A DNA stretch of 64,000 nt from Eledone cirrhosa (lineage: Eukaryota): positions 87,296,001-87,360,000 of the forward strand of contig OZ024745.1 in the NCBI GenBank assembly GCA_964016885.1, given 5' to 3'. A program made the translations under genes and the position numbers. Positions 26,754-41,580 of the stretch are shown here, one piece after another. Every line of letters starts with the position of its first letter. Within the stretch, counting starts at the first letter, position 1. The notes beneath the pieces are model-generated. The model was not told the DNA's origin. It saw only the letters and a list, made by a program, of their open reading frames with translations, and searched no databases.

Positions 26754-27542
26754 ATGGTAAGGCGCATCTGCACTATAGCAACACACCCCGTACTACAAGA
26801 AAAAAGATTATGTGACCTGAAAAAATTCCTTAAAAAACAAGAATACCCGATGAAACTCATCAACGCAGTCATCTCCAAGGCTAAGAACATCCAAATAACA
26901 ACACTGAGAAAACCAAACCCACAACATAAAAAAGAAAACCCTGCTATCTCTTTTGTCATCACTCACAACCCAGGGATCATCAACATTGTGAAAACTGCTA
27001 AGCAGTATCTCCCGATTCTACAGCAATCTACCAAAATGAATGCACTCTTAAAAAACACACAGATAATTTATAGCAGACGCCAAGCACCCAACCTTAAAAA
27101 ACTAATTACCAAGGCAAAATTTACGACCAACATGGAATCAATGCAAGTGACGAAATGCGGGGACCCTAGATGTGGAACCTGTGAACTCATCGAAGAGGGC
27201 AAACAGTTGTCCTTCAAAAACCATGATAATTTCAAGGTCAATGCAAACATGAACTGCAAAACGAAAAACCTAATATATTGCGCAACATGTCCACAGTGTA
27301 AAGAGTATTACATTGGGGAAACCGGAACGGGATTACATGATAGAGTCCGGGTACATAAACAACAAATTAAAGACCCCACACTCAGAAATACCACATGTAG
27401 CACACACTTTGCATCATGCGGGAAGGGAAAATTCACAATCTTCCCTTTCTTCAGGATATGGTCGGATAACGAACATTTCCGCAGATATAAAGAAGAATTC
27501 TTCATTGAAAAATTTAAACCACTACTGAACACGAAAAAATGA
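26754..27542 (+). CDS. PLE C-terminal ORF fragment: Zn-finger linker + GIY-YIG endonuclease
   Basis: 262-aa open frame with IY...YIG, HDRVRVH and EEFFIEKFKPLLN; the RT domain is missing, so it is probably non-autonomous. Confidence 0.8.
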   Translation: MVRRICTIATHPVLQEKRLCDLKKFLKKQEYPMKLINAVISKAKNIQITTLRKPNPQHKKENPAISFVITHNPGIINIVKTAKQYLPILQQSTKMNALLKNTQIIYSRRQAPNLKKLITKAKFTTNMESMQVTKCGDPRCGTCELIEEGKQLSFKNHDNFKVNANMNCKTKNLIYCATCPQCKEYYIGETGTGLHDRVRVHKQQIKDPTLRNTTCSTHFASCGKGKFTIFPFFRIWSDNEHFRRYKEEFFIEKFKPLLNTKK

Positions 27543-27954
27543 ATTAACACTCGGAGGTAAAATTCCATTTCACTACCCCCCCCCTCTTCTTATGTGTACA
27601 CATGAATATCTGAGTGAACAAAGGACTAATTTTGGGATGGACGTAGAAAGATTCTTCAGAAAAAAATAATTGTTTACAAACTTGGCAGGTGCGACTTGCC
27701 TGTGACCATTCTCAACACAAAGGAATCGCCTGAATAAAGGAATTTTTCGATAATGACCGGGGCAGGCCGCACTTGCTACATTTCTCCCCACCCAACCCTA
27801 CTCACCATCTCAACTCATTACTGCTATTAACACTTTTTCAACACACCTACACCCATACACTTATTAAAAGGGGGAGGAAAAAAACCCACCAAAAACCACC
27901 ACACCACAGACATGTTAAATCCCTATATATAGAACAACACACCACATACACATC

Positions 27955-28042
27955 AGTTTGACAAGCGCACCTCAGCGTGAAAGGTCGTTTTAAAAACGAA
28001 ACAATACCTCCTACGTTAACCAAGAACTCCTTAGACCTAACT
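27955..28042 (+). ncRNA. Type I HHR with U3-A8 core and long stem III loop (inverted copy at 26276-26363)
   Basis: agt TTGACAA gcgc-acctca-gcgt GAAA ggtc-[47 nt]-gacc TA act; stem I is only 3 bp. Confidence 0.55.
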
Positions 28043-28222
28043 TAATTTATAAAATAATTTTTTTTAATAGAAACATTTTTTCTAATCCGGAAAATATTCT
28101 TTTTGGATTTTGTGAAGAGAATAAATTTGTTGAAAACACAAGTGAAGCCATTTTTTCTTCCCCCTGTCTTAATATACCTAACTGTACCAAAGATTACACA
28201 CATTTTCCAATATATATATATA

Positions 28223-31200
28223 TAAACGGAAAAAAATGAAACGAAATTTCATTTCCCACACTTAGTACGGCTGTTACTTAAATATAAGTATGTACACGTA
28301 CATACATATATGTATACAGACGTACAGTAGTATGTATATATACATACATGCACACATATATATATGTACGTATGGATTCACCGAACATCTATTTCAATGC
28401 TCGGTGTGCTTGTAAACAAACATCCCGTATTAAACGGTAGTGTCCAGTAACCATTGTTGCTCGTTTGTTCAACACTGACAAAGGAACGCGTTACTAGTTT
28501 CAAGCTAATTAGCTATCGTCAGCAACGTTTACCTTCCAGCCAGATTGTTGAACGTATATACTTACATAATGCATATTAACGGCTGAGTAGCCCAATTTTC
28601 ATATCGAGTGGGTTAATCGGCCAGGTGCACCGAAAAAATAAACGGAAAAAATGAAACGAAATTTAATTTCCCACACTTAATACGGCTGTTACTTAAATAT
28701 AAGTATGTACACGAAACATACATTTATGTATACTGACGTACAGTAGTATGTATATATATACATACATGCACATATATATATCTACATATGTATTCACCGA
28801 ACATCTATTACATTGCGCGGTGTGTTTGAAAAGATACATCGCGTAATAAGCCGTAGTGTCCAGCAACCATTGTTGCTCGTTTGTTCAACACTGACAAAGG
28901 AACGCTTTACTATTTTAAAGCTTATTAGTTATTGTCAGCAACGTATACCATCCTGCCAAATTGTTGAACGTATATACTTACCTTATGCATATTAACGGCT
29001 GAGTAGCCCAATTTGCATATCAAGTGGGTTAATCGGCCGTGTGCACCGAAAACGATAAACGGAAAAAATGAAACGAAATTTCATTTCCCACACTTAGTAC
29101 GTCTGTTACTTAAATATAAGTATGTACTCGTACATACATATATGTATATAGACGTACAGTAGTATGTAAATATATATACATACATGCACATATATATATA
29201 TATGTACGTATGGATTCACCGAACATCTATTACAATGCACGGTGTGTTTGTAAACAAACATCCCGTATTAAGCCGTAGTGTCCAGCAACCATCGTTGCTC
29301 GTTTGTTCAGCAATGGCAAAGTAACGCTGTACTAGTTTCAAGCTTATTAGCTATCGCAGCAACGTATACATACCTGCCAGATTGTTGAACGTATATACTT
29401 ACCTTATGCATATTAACGGCTGAGTAGCCCAATTTGCATATCGAGTGGGTTAATCGGCCGGGTGCAGCGAGACCGATAAACGGAATAAATGAAACGAAAT
29501 TTCATTTCCCACTCTTAGTACGGCTGTTACTTAAATATAAGTATGTACACGTACATACATATATGTATACAGACATTTAGTAGTATCTATATATATATAT
29601 ACATACAAGCACACCTATATATATATATGTACGCATGGATTCAGCGAACATGTATTATAATGCTCAGTGTGTTTGTAAACAAACATCCCGTATTAAGCCG
29701 TAGTGTCCAGCAACCATCGTTGCTCGTTTGTTCAAACTGACAAAGGAACGCTGTACTAGTTTCAAGCTTATTAGCTATCGTCAGCAATGTATACCTTCCT
29801 GCCAGATTGTTGAACGTATATACTTACCTTATGCATATTAACGGCTGAGTAGCCCAATTTGCATATCGAGTGGGTTAATCGGCCGGGTGCACCGAAAACG
29901 ATAAACGGAAAAATGAAACGAAATTTCATTTCCCACACTTAGTACGGCTGTTACTTAAATATAAGTATGTACACGTACATACATATATGTATACAGACGT
30001 ACAGTAGTATGTATATATATATATATACATACATGCACATATATATATATATGTACGTATGGATTCACCGAACATCTATTACAATGCTCGGTATGTTTGT
30101 AAACAAACATCCCGTTTTAAGCCGTAGTGTCCAGCAACGATCGTTGCTCGTTTGTTCAACATTGACAAAGGAACGCTGTACAAGTTTCAAGCTTATTAAC
30201 TATCGTCAGCAACGTATACCTTCTTGCCAGATTGTTGAACGTATATACTCTACTTATGCATATTAACGTCTGCGTAGCCCAATTTGCATATCGAGTGGGT
30301 TAATCGTCCGGGTGCACCGAAAACGATAAACGGAAAAAATGAAACGAAATTTCATTTCCCACTCTTAGTACGGCTGTTAATTAAATATAAGTATGTACAC
30401 GTACATACATATATATATATATACAGGCGTACAGGTGTGTGTATTTATATATATATATACATCCTCAAATATATATATGTACGCATGGATTCACCGAACA
30501 TCTATTACAATTCTCGGTGTGTTTGTAAACAAACATCCCGTATTAAGCCGTAGTGTCCAGCCACCATCGTTGCTCGTTTGTTCAACATTGACAAAGGAAC
30601 GCTGTCCTAGTTTCAAGCTTATTAGCCATCGTCAGCAACGTGTACCTTCCTGCAAGATTGTTGAACAATATACATATCTTATGCATATTAACGGCTGAGT
30701 AGCGCAATTTGCATATCGAGTGGGTTAATCGGCCGGGTGCACCAAAATTGATGAACGTAAAAAGTGAAACGAATTTTCTTTTCCGACTCTCAGTACGGCT
30801 GTTACTTAAATATAAGTATGTACTCGTACATACATATATGTATACAGGCGTACATTAGTATGTATATATATACATGCACACATATATATATGTACGCATG
30901 CATTCACCGAACATCTATTACAATGCTCGGTGTGCTTGTAAACAAACATCCCATATTAAACGGTAGTGTCCAGTAACCATTGTTGCTCGTTTGTTCAACA
31001 CTGACAAAGAAACGCTTTACTAGTTTCAAGCTTATTAGCTATCGTCAGCAACGTTTACCTACCAGCCAGATTGTTGAACGTATATACTTACATAATGCAT
31101 ATTAACGGCTGAGTAGCCCAATTTTCATATCGAGTGGGTTAATCGGCCAGGTGCACCGAAAAAATAAACGGAAAAAATGAAACGAAATTTAATTTCCCAC

Positions 31201-32965
31201 ACTTAATACGGCTGTTACTTAAATATAAGTATGTACACGAAACATACATTTATGTATACTGACGTACAGTAGTATGTATATATATACATACATGCACATA
31301 TATATATATGTACATATGTATTCACCGAACATCTATTACATTGCGCGGTGTGTTTGAAAACAAACATCGCGTAATAAGCCGTAGTGTCCAGCAACCATTG
31401 TTGCTCGTTTGTTCAACACTGACAAAGGAACGCTTTACTAGTTTCAAGCTTATTAGCTATCGTCAGCAACGTATACCATCCTGCCAGATTGTTGAACGTA
31501 TCTACTTACCATATGCATATTAATGGCTGATTAGCCCAATTTGAATATCGAGTGGGTTAATTAGCCGGGTGCACCGAAAAAATGACGGAAAAAATGAAAC
31601 GAAGTTTCATTTCCCACACTTAGTAGGCTGTTACTTAAATATAAGTATGTACTCGTACATACATATATGTATACAGACGTACAGTAGTATGTATATATAT
31701 ATATACAGTCATGCACACATATTTATATGTACGTATGGATTCACCGAACATCTATTACAATGCTCGGTGTGTTTGTAAACAAACATCCCGTATTAAGCCG
31801 TAGTGTCCAGCAACCATCGTTGCTCGTTTGTTCAACAATGACAAAGTAACGCTGTACTAGTTTCAAGCTTATTAGCTATCGTCAGCAACGTATACATACC
31901 TGCCAGATTGTTGAACGTATATACTTACCTTATGCATATTAACGGCTGAGTAGCCCAATTTGCATATCGAGTGGGTTAATCGGCCGGGTGCAGCGAGACC
32001 GATAAACGGAATAAATGAAACGAAATTTCATTTCCCACTCTTAGTACGGCTGTTACTTAAATATAAGTATGTACACGTACATACATATATGTATACATAC
32101 ATTTAGTAGTATCTATATATATATATACATACAAGCACACCTATATATATATATGTACGCATGGATTCAGCGAACATGTATTATAATGCTCAGTGTGTTT
32201 GTAAACAAACATCCCGTATTAAGCAGTAGTGTCTAGCAACCATCGTTGTTCGTTTGTTCAACATAGACAAAGGAACGCTGTACTAGTTTCAAGCTTATTT
32301 AACTATCGTCAGCAACGTATACCTTCCTTCCAGATTGTTGAACGTATATACTTACCATATGCATATTAATGGCTGTGTAGTCCAATTTGCATATCGAGTG
32401 TGTTAATCGGCCGGATGCACCGAAAACGATAAAAATAAAAAATGAAACGATATTTCATTTCCCACTCTTATTACGGCTGTTACTTAAATATAAGTATGTA
32501 CACGTACATACATATATGTATACATGCGTACAGTAGTATGTATATATATACATGCACACATATATATATGTACGCATGGATTCACCGAACATCTATTACA
32601 ATGCTCGGTGTGTTTGTCAACAAACATCCCGTATTAAACCGTAGTGTCCAGCAACCATCGTTGCTCGTTTGTTCAACATTGACAAAGGAATGCTGTACTA
32701 GTTTCAAGCTTATTAACTATCGTCAGCAACGTATACCTTCCTGCCAGATTGTTGAACGTATATACTTACCTTATGCATATTAACGGCTGAGTAGCCCAAC
32801 TTGCATATCGAGTGGGTTAATCGTCCGGGTGCACCGAAAACGATAAACGTAAAAAAATGAAACGAAATTTCATTACCCACTCTTAGTACGGCTGTTACTT
32901 AAATATAAGTATGTACACGTACATACATATATGTATACAGGCGTACAGTAGTATGTATATATATA
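28223..32965 (-). repeat. Tandem array of ~11 units of ~420 bp, one minimal HHR per unit (retrozyme-like satellite)
   Basis: Unit starts at about 28223, 28639, 29056, 29476, 29901, 30326, 30751, 31165, 31583, 32003, 32429, 32844. HHR consensus on minus: acguug CUGACGA uagc-uaauaa-gcuu GAAA cuag UA cagcgu (e.g. 29748-29790). Confidence 0.9.
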
Positions 32966-32967
32966 TA

Positions 32968-34121
32968 TGGTGTCTGCCAACTCGTTTTCGAGTACGGCCA
33001 CTACTTTATATCCAAGTAGGAGAACCCTACCAATGCGCTGAACGGGTGTGACTTTTTAGTCCAGCCAGCGACTTGAAAACTCTGGTACAAACACTACAAC
33101 TGTGACAATTATTGATACATAGTGCTGGGCCCATGGTACCATGTGACGACAAGTGCAGAGAGCTCTCCATATATAAACCAATGCCTGTGCTGTGAAGCTT
33201 TTATAGTGAGCAAAGGCACTGCACAAAGCCAGTCCCACTCTCTTAACCAAGATGATTTTCACCAAAAAGAAGAACAATTCAACATCATTGGATACCATCA
33301 GGGTTTCAGGTGTTATATCAGAGTTTTCCATCTCCTAAAATTCTGCCTTGACAAAGGCTAAGGGGTCATCTCTCCCGGTGATTTTGGATGGCTATTGACT
33401 CTTAAGAGCCCCTTTGCCTTTTGACAGGTTTTGTTTTTAGTCCTGCAGGATGTCCAAAGCCACCCTCCTCACCAAGAAACCATGGTGGGGTTGCCAGTTT
33501 AGTCGCCAACGACCCGACCATGAGACAGGTTGTACTGAGATACATGTTACCAGTATACATAGATATACATATATACACACACACATACATATACATATAT
33601 ACTTACATACATATACATATATATATAAATACATATACACACACACATACATATACATATATACTTACATACATATACATATATATATACATACATATAC
33701 ACATACACATACATACATACATACGTACATACATACATACATATATATATACCCATATACATACATACATACATATATATATATACATACATACATACAC
33801 ATATACATACATATACATACATGGTGGCTGCCAACTATTTTCGAGTACGGCCATTACTTTATATCCTTGTAGGAGAACCCCTACCGATGCGCTAAACTAG
33901 TGTGACTTTTTAGTCCAGCCAGCGACTTGAAAACTCTGGTACAAACACTACACCTGTGACAATTATTGACACAGTGCTGGGCCCATGGCACCATATGACA
34001 AGTGCAGAGCGATCTCCAGATTTAAAGCAATGCCTGTGCCGTGAAGCTTTTATAGGGAGCAAAGGCACTGCACAAATCCAGTCCCACTCTCTTAACCAAG
34101 ATGATATTTACCAAAAAGAAG

Positions 34122-34127
<6 letters not shown>
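32968..34127 (-). mobile_element. Probable RTE-type LINE 5' fragments interrupting the satellite (32968-33540, partly duplicated at 33823-34127)
   Basis: The ~300-bp duplication is visible directly; degenerate endonuclease-like peptide (RVGLALCS..) with a structured GC-rich leader at 33420-33540. Family assignment is tentative. Confidence 0.45.
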
Positions 34128-34162
<35 letters not shown>

Positions 34163-35495
34163 CACACATATATATATGTACGCATGGATTCACCGAACAT
34201 CTATTACAATGCTCGGTGTGCTTGTAAACAAACATCCCGTATTAAGCCGTAGTTTCCAGCAACCATCGTTGCTCGTTAGTTCAACATTGACAAAGGAACG
34301 CGGTACTAGTTTCAAGCTTATTAGCTATCGTCAGTAACGTATACCTTCCAGCCAGATTGTTGAACGTATATACTTACCTTATGCATATTAACGGCTGAGT
34401 AGCCCAATTTGCATATCGAGTGGGTTGATCGGCCGGGTGCACCGAAAACGATAAACGGAAAAAATGAAAACGAAATTTCATTTCCCACTCTTAGTACGGC
34501 TGTTACTTAAATATAAGTATGTACACGTACATACATATATGTATACAGGCGTACAGTAGTATGTATATATATATATATATATATATACATACACACATAT
34601 ATATATGTACGCATGGATTCACCGAACATCTATTACAATGCTCGGTGTGTTTATAAACAAACATCCCGTATTAAGCCGTAGTGTCCAGCAACCATCGTTG
34701 CTCGTTTGTTCAACATTGACAATGGAACGCTGTACTAGTTTCAAGCTTATTAACTATCGTCAGCAACGTATACCTTGCTGCCAGATTGTTGAACGTATAT
34801 GCTTACCTTATGCATATTAACGGCTGAGTAGCTCAATTTACATATCGAGTGGGTTAATCGGCCGGGTGCACCGAAAACGATAAACGGAAAAACTGAAACG
34901 AAATTCCATTTCGCATTTTTAGTACGGCTGTTACTTAAATATAAGTATGTACACGTACATACATATATGTATACAGACGTACAGTAGTATGTATATATAC
35001 ATACATGCACACATATATATGTACCGGTCGATTAACAGACTCGATATGCAAATTGGGCTACTCAGCCGTTGATATGCATAAGGTAAGTATATACGTTCAA
35101 CAATCTGGCATGAAGGTATACGTTGCTGACGATAGCTAATAAGTTTGAAACTAGTACAGCGTTCCTTTGTCAGTGTTGAACAAACGAGCAACGATGGTTC
35201 CTAGACACTACGGCTTAATACGGGATGTTTGTTTACAAACACACCGAGCATTATAATAAATGCTCGGTGAATCCATACGTACATGTATATATGTGTGCAT
35301 GTATGTATATATATAGACATACTACTGTACGTCTGTATACGTATATGTATGTACGTGTACATACTTATATTAAAGTAACAGTCGTACTAAGAGTGGGAAA
35401 TGAAATTAAGTTTCATTTTTTCCGTATATCGTTTTCGGTGCACCCTGCCGATTAACCCACTCAATATGCAAATTTCGTTTCTTTTTTTCCGTTTA

Positions 35496-35606
<111 letters not shown>

Positions 35607-35621
35607 TTCGAAAATATTCTG

Positions 35622-35684
<63 letters not shown>

Positions 35685-35786
35685 TAAAATGTAGAGCCAT
35701 ATGATACTTATGTAATTATTCCTTCTAGCCTGCAGAAATTGACCAGGGAAATAGGTAACTACACTGAATTAGTTACAAAACAGGTA

Positions 35787-35869
35787 TCTCCTGAGGAGTT
35801 CCAAACCTCGTGGATTTATTCAAGACCGGGTATATACAAAAGGTGGAACGAAACCACCGGTGGTAGACA
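35787..35869 (+). ncRNA. Type I HHR with 10-nt palindromic stem III
   Basis: tctc CTGAGGA gttcc..ggaac GAAA ccaccggtgg TA gaca; stem I has one mismatch. Confidence 0.7.
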
Positions 35870-36783
35870 CTATGAGAATCCTGGTAAAATTTATGTGCAT
35901 TTTTTCTTCAAACTTCTATTTTGTACCTAATTCTGTATAGTTAACTATTTGTCTGGTCAATTTCTACAGGCTAGAAGAAACAATTTGATATATGTCATAT
36001 GGATGTACATCGCGGAAAATAATCTGTATCATTTGTCTAACTCATATATTTATTTGCGACTATGTCTAATTATATATATACAATTATATATGAAACTAGT
36101 ACATTGTTCCTTTGTCAGTGTTGAACAAAAGGGCAACGGTGGTTGCTAAACACTGTGCGGCTTAATTCGGGATGTTTGTTTACAAACACACCGAGCATTA
36201 TAATAAATGTTCGGTAAATACATACGTACATATATATATATGTGTGCACGTATGTATATACATACATACTACTGTATGTCTGTATACATATATGTATGTT
36301 CGTTTACATACTTAGATGTAAGTAACAGCCGTACTAATAGTGAGAAATGAAATTTCCTTTCATTTTTTCCGTTTATCATTTTCGGTGCGCCGGGCCGATT
36401 AACTCACTCGAATGCAGATTAGGCTGCTCAGCCGTTAATAAGCATAAGGAAAGTATATACTTTCAGACGTTCAATCATCTGGCAGGAAGGTATACGGTGC
36501 TGACGATAGCTAATGAGCTTGAAACTAGTACATTGTTCATTTGTCAGTGTTGAACAAAAGGGCAACGATCGTTGCTAAACACTGTGCGACTTAATTCGAG
36601 ATGTTTGTCTACAAACACACCGAGCATTATAATAAATGTTCGGTAAATCCCTACGTACGTATATATATATATATCTGTGCATGTATATATATACATACTA
36701 CTGTATGTCTGTAAACATGTATGTATGTACGTATACATACTTATACATAATTATATATATATATATACATATATACATACATA

Positions 36784-36825
<42 letters not shown>

Positions 36826-37064
36826 CATCCATATATATATATACATACATATATATACATATATATATATATATAGATAATTTAATATATCAACTAATAT
36901 AAGCGCACAGATGCACGCCCATGCCAGAAAATACACAGGTTATGTCATAGTACCTAGGTGGTTCAATGCAGGAGGATGCAGAACAATAATATAAAAGACG
37001 TAAAATAAGAAAATATTTTTTTTAAAAATTAAAAAATTTTTTTTACTTACTTACTTAAATTTTC

Positions 37065-37146
37065 ACTCCAACATATTAGTTTCTGCAATGGGATAAAGAC
37101 AGTTACGTAATCCAACTGTCGAGAATTCATTGCGTCATCAGGGAGT
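37065..37146 (-). ncRNA. Type I HHR with extended stem II
   Basis: acucc CUGAUGA c-gcaaug..gacaguu..aacuguc..cauugc-a GAAA cuaauaug UU ggagu. Confidence 0.8.
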
Positions 37147-39363
37147 CTATTCTCAGCTAAGACTCCAGGCAATGCGCGGACACTGGCGGCTCATATAAAA
37201 ATAATAATAATTCGGTAGATAGAACAGCTGGCGAGGACTGGATTCTATGTACTGAAATTCTCATTGCTTCTAGTCAAATGGCCGATTCTAAAGAATCAAT
37301 CACGTGACACAGAGGCTAGTTAGAAGGAATGGGATCTTTTATATATATATATATATATATATACATAAACGGAAAAAATGAAACTAGATTTCATTTCCCA
37401 CACTCAGTACGGCTGTTACTTAAATATAAGTATGTACACGTACATACATATATGTATACAGGCGTACAGTAGTATGTATTTATATATATATACATGCACA
37501 TATATATATATGTACGCATGGATTCACCGAACATCTATTACAATGCTCGGTATGTTTGTAAACAAACATCCCGTATTAAGCCGTAGTGTCCAGCAACCAT
37601 CGTTGCTCGTTAGTTCAACATTGACAAAGGAACGCAGTACTAGTTTTAAGCTTATTAACTATCGTCAGCAACGTATACCTTCCTGCCAGATTGTTGAACG
37701 TATATATACTTACCTTATACATATTAACGGCTGCGTAGCCCAATTTGCATATCGAGTGGGTTAATCGGCCGGGTGCACCGAAAACGATAAACGGAAAAAA
37801 CAAACAAAATTCCATTTCCCACTCTTAGTACGGCTGTTACTTAAATATAAGTATGTACACTACATACATATATGTATACAGGCGTACAGTAGTATGTATT
37901 TATATATATATACATGCACACATATATATATATATGTACGTATGGATTCACCGAACATCTATTACAATGCTCGGTGTGTTTGTAAACAAACATCCCGTAT
38001 TAAGCCGAAGTCTCTAGCAACCATCGATGCTAGTTTGTTTAACACTGACAAAGGAACGCTGCACTAGTTTCAAGCTTATTAGCTATCGTCAGCAACGTAT
38101 ACCTTCTTGCCAGATGATTGAACGTCTGAAAGTATATACTTTCCTTATGCATATTAACGGTTGAGAAGCCTAATTTGCTTATCGAGTGGGTTAATCGGCT
38201 GGGTTCACCGAAAACAATAAACGGAAAAAATGAAACGAAATTTCATTTCCGATTCTAAGTACGGCTTTTACTTAAATATAAGTATGTACAAGTACACACA
38301 TATATGTATGCTGACGTACAGTAGTATGTATATATACATACATGCACACATATATATATGGACGTATGGATTCACCGAACATTTATTATAATGACGAGAG
38401 CTAATAAGCTTGAAACTAGTACAGCGTTCCTTTGTCAGTGTTGAACAAACGAGCAACGATGGTTGCTAGACACTACGGCTTAACACGGGATGTTTGTTTA
38501 CAAACATACCGAGCATTATAATAAATGTTCGGTGAATCCATACGTACATATATATATATGTGTTCATGTATATATATATATATATACATACTACTGTACG
38601 TCTGTATACATATATATATGTACGTGTACATACTTATATTTAAGTTACAGCCGTACTAAGAGTGGGAAATGAAATTTCGTTTTATTGTTTCCGTTCATCG
38701 TTTTCGGTGCACCCGGCCGACTAACCCACTCGATATGCAAATTAGGCTGCTCAGCCGTTAATATGCATGAGGAAAGTATATACATTCAGACGTTCAATCA
38801 TCTGGCAGGAAGGTATACGTTGCTGACGATAGCTAATAAGCTTGAAACTAGTACAGCGTTCCTTTGTCAGTGTTGAACAAACGAGCAACGATGGTTGCCA
38901 GACACTACGGCTTAACACGGGATGTTTGTTTACAAACAAACTGAGCATTATAATAAATGTTCGGTGAATCCATACGTACATATATATGTGTGTGCATGTA
39001 TGTATATATATATATACATACAACTGTACGTCTGTATACATATATCTATGTACGTTTACATACTTATATATATATATACATATACATACATATATATATA
39101 TATACATATACATACATATATATGCATAGATATATATACATACATATATATGCATACATATATATACATACATATATATATACATACATATATATATACA
39201 TACATATATATATACATACATATATATATATATACATACATATATATCTATATACATACATATATATATACATACATATATATATACATACATATATATA
39301 TACATACATATATATATACATACATATATATATACATACATATATATATACATACATATATAT

Positions 39364-39412
<49 letters not shown>

Positions 39413-39996
39413 CACACACATATATATAAATGTGTACATATGTGTTCGCGTGTTTGTGTGTTCGTGTGTGTTTTTCTATGTGTTGATGTATATATATTCG
39501 TATATATCAGACTATCAGAATTGGAAACGAGTATAGTTCATGCACTATAAAAAATCTGAGGATGATTCATCGCATGAAATGTTATAGTGTTAATGGAAAG
39601 AAAAATGTAGTTTTTATTGAGGCGAAACATATGATGACTTATTTGCTACTAATTAACGTATCAATAATTGGTCAAAATGAATCGCAGTATATCTGCATAG
39701 AATCTATAAATACTTACCAACAAGATCGATAAAATTGGTATATATTTTTTTACGCATTCAACAAAGGAATAATTGTAAGAAACTTCGTGTATGTATATTT
39801 CCATCAGCAAAATCTCATAGGAATAATAAAAACATCAAATTTATAAAGCTGAAATTTAATATTCATCGACTTCATGAAACATTAAATCCAAGAGCAAACA
39901 CGATAATTGTTGGTAAATAGTTTCTGCTAAGTTATAAATTCTGTATATCTTTAATATTACTTTGATATTTTTTAAATATTATTTCAATAGAATAAT

Positions 39997-40680
39997 TGGT
40001 TACACCAAAGCAGGTAGAGAAGTTGAAGTATCTCGGGCTGTGTTCACGAGTGATGGAAGGCAGGTGGGCGGAATTAAGCGCAAGAATCGCAACCCTTATC
40101 TATGGTCATGAATCTTGGGTAATGACCGAAAGAATACGATCACGAATACAAGTGGCCGGAATGAGATTCCTCCAAACCGTCTTTGGAGAATGAGTTGCGC
40201 CTGTAGTTCGAATGACTAGCCATGCCACATTCTGTGTTACACTGAGAACTACGTTATGTGTACGCAGGTCTATGGAAAGCTGAGCCACTTGCACGTTAAT
40301 TTCACAAAGAGGCTGTACCGTTTATCGGACCAACTGCAGCACTCCTCGTCGTAATCAACGAAGTGTCACTTATTATTATTACACTTATGCGTTTACAGTT
40401 AAGAAATTGAAAAAGTAACTCGGAGATTAAGAGAGTCACTTTAGGTAGAACCGCTATTTCTCTGAATTTATTACAGCACCGGTACTATGGGCATGTGTTT
40501 AGAATGTCCCAGGAAAGAATCGCTGGACAGATTTTACGGGCAAAATCAACCGGCAAGAGACCCAGGTGTTGACCGAGAGCAAGATGGTTGGATAACATCC
40601 ATAAGCTTGGCTGGTCTCGCTTGGGGATCCAGCCGGATCAGTTGGAGACGGTGGCTTCTGACAGGACCTGCTGGAAGAAG
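39997..40680 (+). mobile_element. Old RTE-clade LINE RT C-terminal fragments, interrupted at ~40190-40410
   Basis: QVEKLKYLG, TLIYGHESWVMTERIRSRIQVAGMRFL; downstream YYGHVFRM...GKRPR...RWLDNI. Confidence 0.75.
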
Positions 40681-40689
40681 AAGAATTAA

Positions 40690-41045
40690 TTTCAATTTCT
40701 TAACTATAAACGCATAAGTGTAATAATAATAAGTGGCACTTCGTTGGTTACGACGAGGAGTGTTGCAGTTGGTCCGATCAACGGTACAGCCTCTTTTTGA
40801 AATTAACGTGCAAGTGGCATAGACCTGCGTACCCATAACGTATTTCTCTGGGAGATTCAGTGTAACACAGAATGTGACATGGGGCTGGTCATTCGAACTA
40901 CAGCCAAAACTCATTTTTGCCAGCTGAGTGGACAGGAACAACGTGAAATAAAATGCCTTGCTCAAGGACACAACGCGCCGCCAGGAATCGAAATTATAAT
41001 CTTACGATTGTAAGCCGAATATTCTAACCACAAAACAACTTGCCT
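40690..41045 (-). mobile_element. tRNA-derived SINE of a second family; a partial inverted copy lies at 40190-40410
   Basis: Minus strand has a B-box-like ttcgattcctgg then tgtgtccttgagcaaggcatttta...ccactcagctg; the 3' body matches 40190-40410 in reverse complement. Confidence 0.7.
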
Positions 41046-41397
41046 TCACCTAATTGTAATACATGGATGCTAATACTATAAGAGAAACAAAATGAACCAA
41101 CGATCTATCTAGCAAATATTCTATGATTACGAATGATTAAAATCTTATTCATTTTTATTTATTTTGTCATATAGCGTTTTTCTTTGTTTCCTTATAGATG
41201 ATAACTCTTACAATTACTCACTCCTTAACGTGTCGCTCACTTTCGCGATGCCACAGCTTCTCTTTATTCGGTTTTATGATCCCCAGATGTAAAGTTATAT
41301 TGCTCTGTGTACTTGTCGATTTTGATCTGTCCTTGTGGGTTCATAGTAAACAATCAATACCATGGAAAACACCAGTCAAAGACCCATAAACCAACAT

Positions 41398-41580
41398 AAT
41401 AATTGTTTTTAGTATAGTCACAAGGCCAGCAATTATCCAGTGCATTACTGGTACTTTATTTTCTCAACCCCGTAAGGATGAAAGGCAAAGTTAACCTCGG
41501 CGAGATTTGAACTCAAACCGTAAAGGGACGTAACTCTGTGCTAGAAAGCATGGTGCCTGACCCTCTCCCGATAGTGCCAA
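41398..41580 (-). mobile_element. tRNA-derived SINE
   Basis: Homologous to 42427-42610. Confidence 0.85.

Larger units (their letters stand above)
26145..28170 (+). mobile_element. 5'-truncated Penelope-like element (Neptune-like) flanked by ~530-bp inverted pLTRs (26145-26680 / 27633-28170)
   Basis: The arms are reverse complements; the internal ORF has CGDPRCGTC and LIYCATCPQCKEYYIGET. Confidence 0.9.

Noticed and set aside
29841-29900. Possible second, opposite-strand ribozyme in the satellite unit (CTGAGTA...CGAAA)
   Set aside because: CUGAGUA does not match the core and is buried in a long hairpin; no stem I or III partner was found.
28223-32965. Recurrent short ORFs (MYAWIHRTSITMLGVFVNKHP..) and a CRISPR-like appearance of the array
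   Set aside because: The frames are broken differently in each unit; there are no unique spacers or cas genes, and the context is eukaryotic.
33420-33540. Structured leader of the RTE-like fragment as an HDV-like ribozyme
   Set aside because: Some RTE 5' ends carry such ribozymes, but I could not build P1/P1.1/P3 consistently, and the 5' part is replaced by microsatellite.
39553-39590. CTGAGGA...GAAA motif
   Set aside because: The stems are only 2-3 bp and the loop is not palindromic, so it is compatible with chance.
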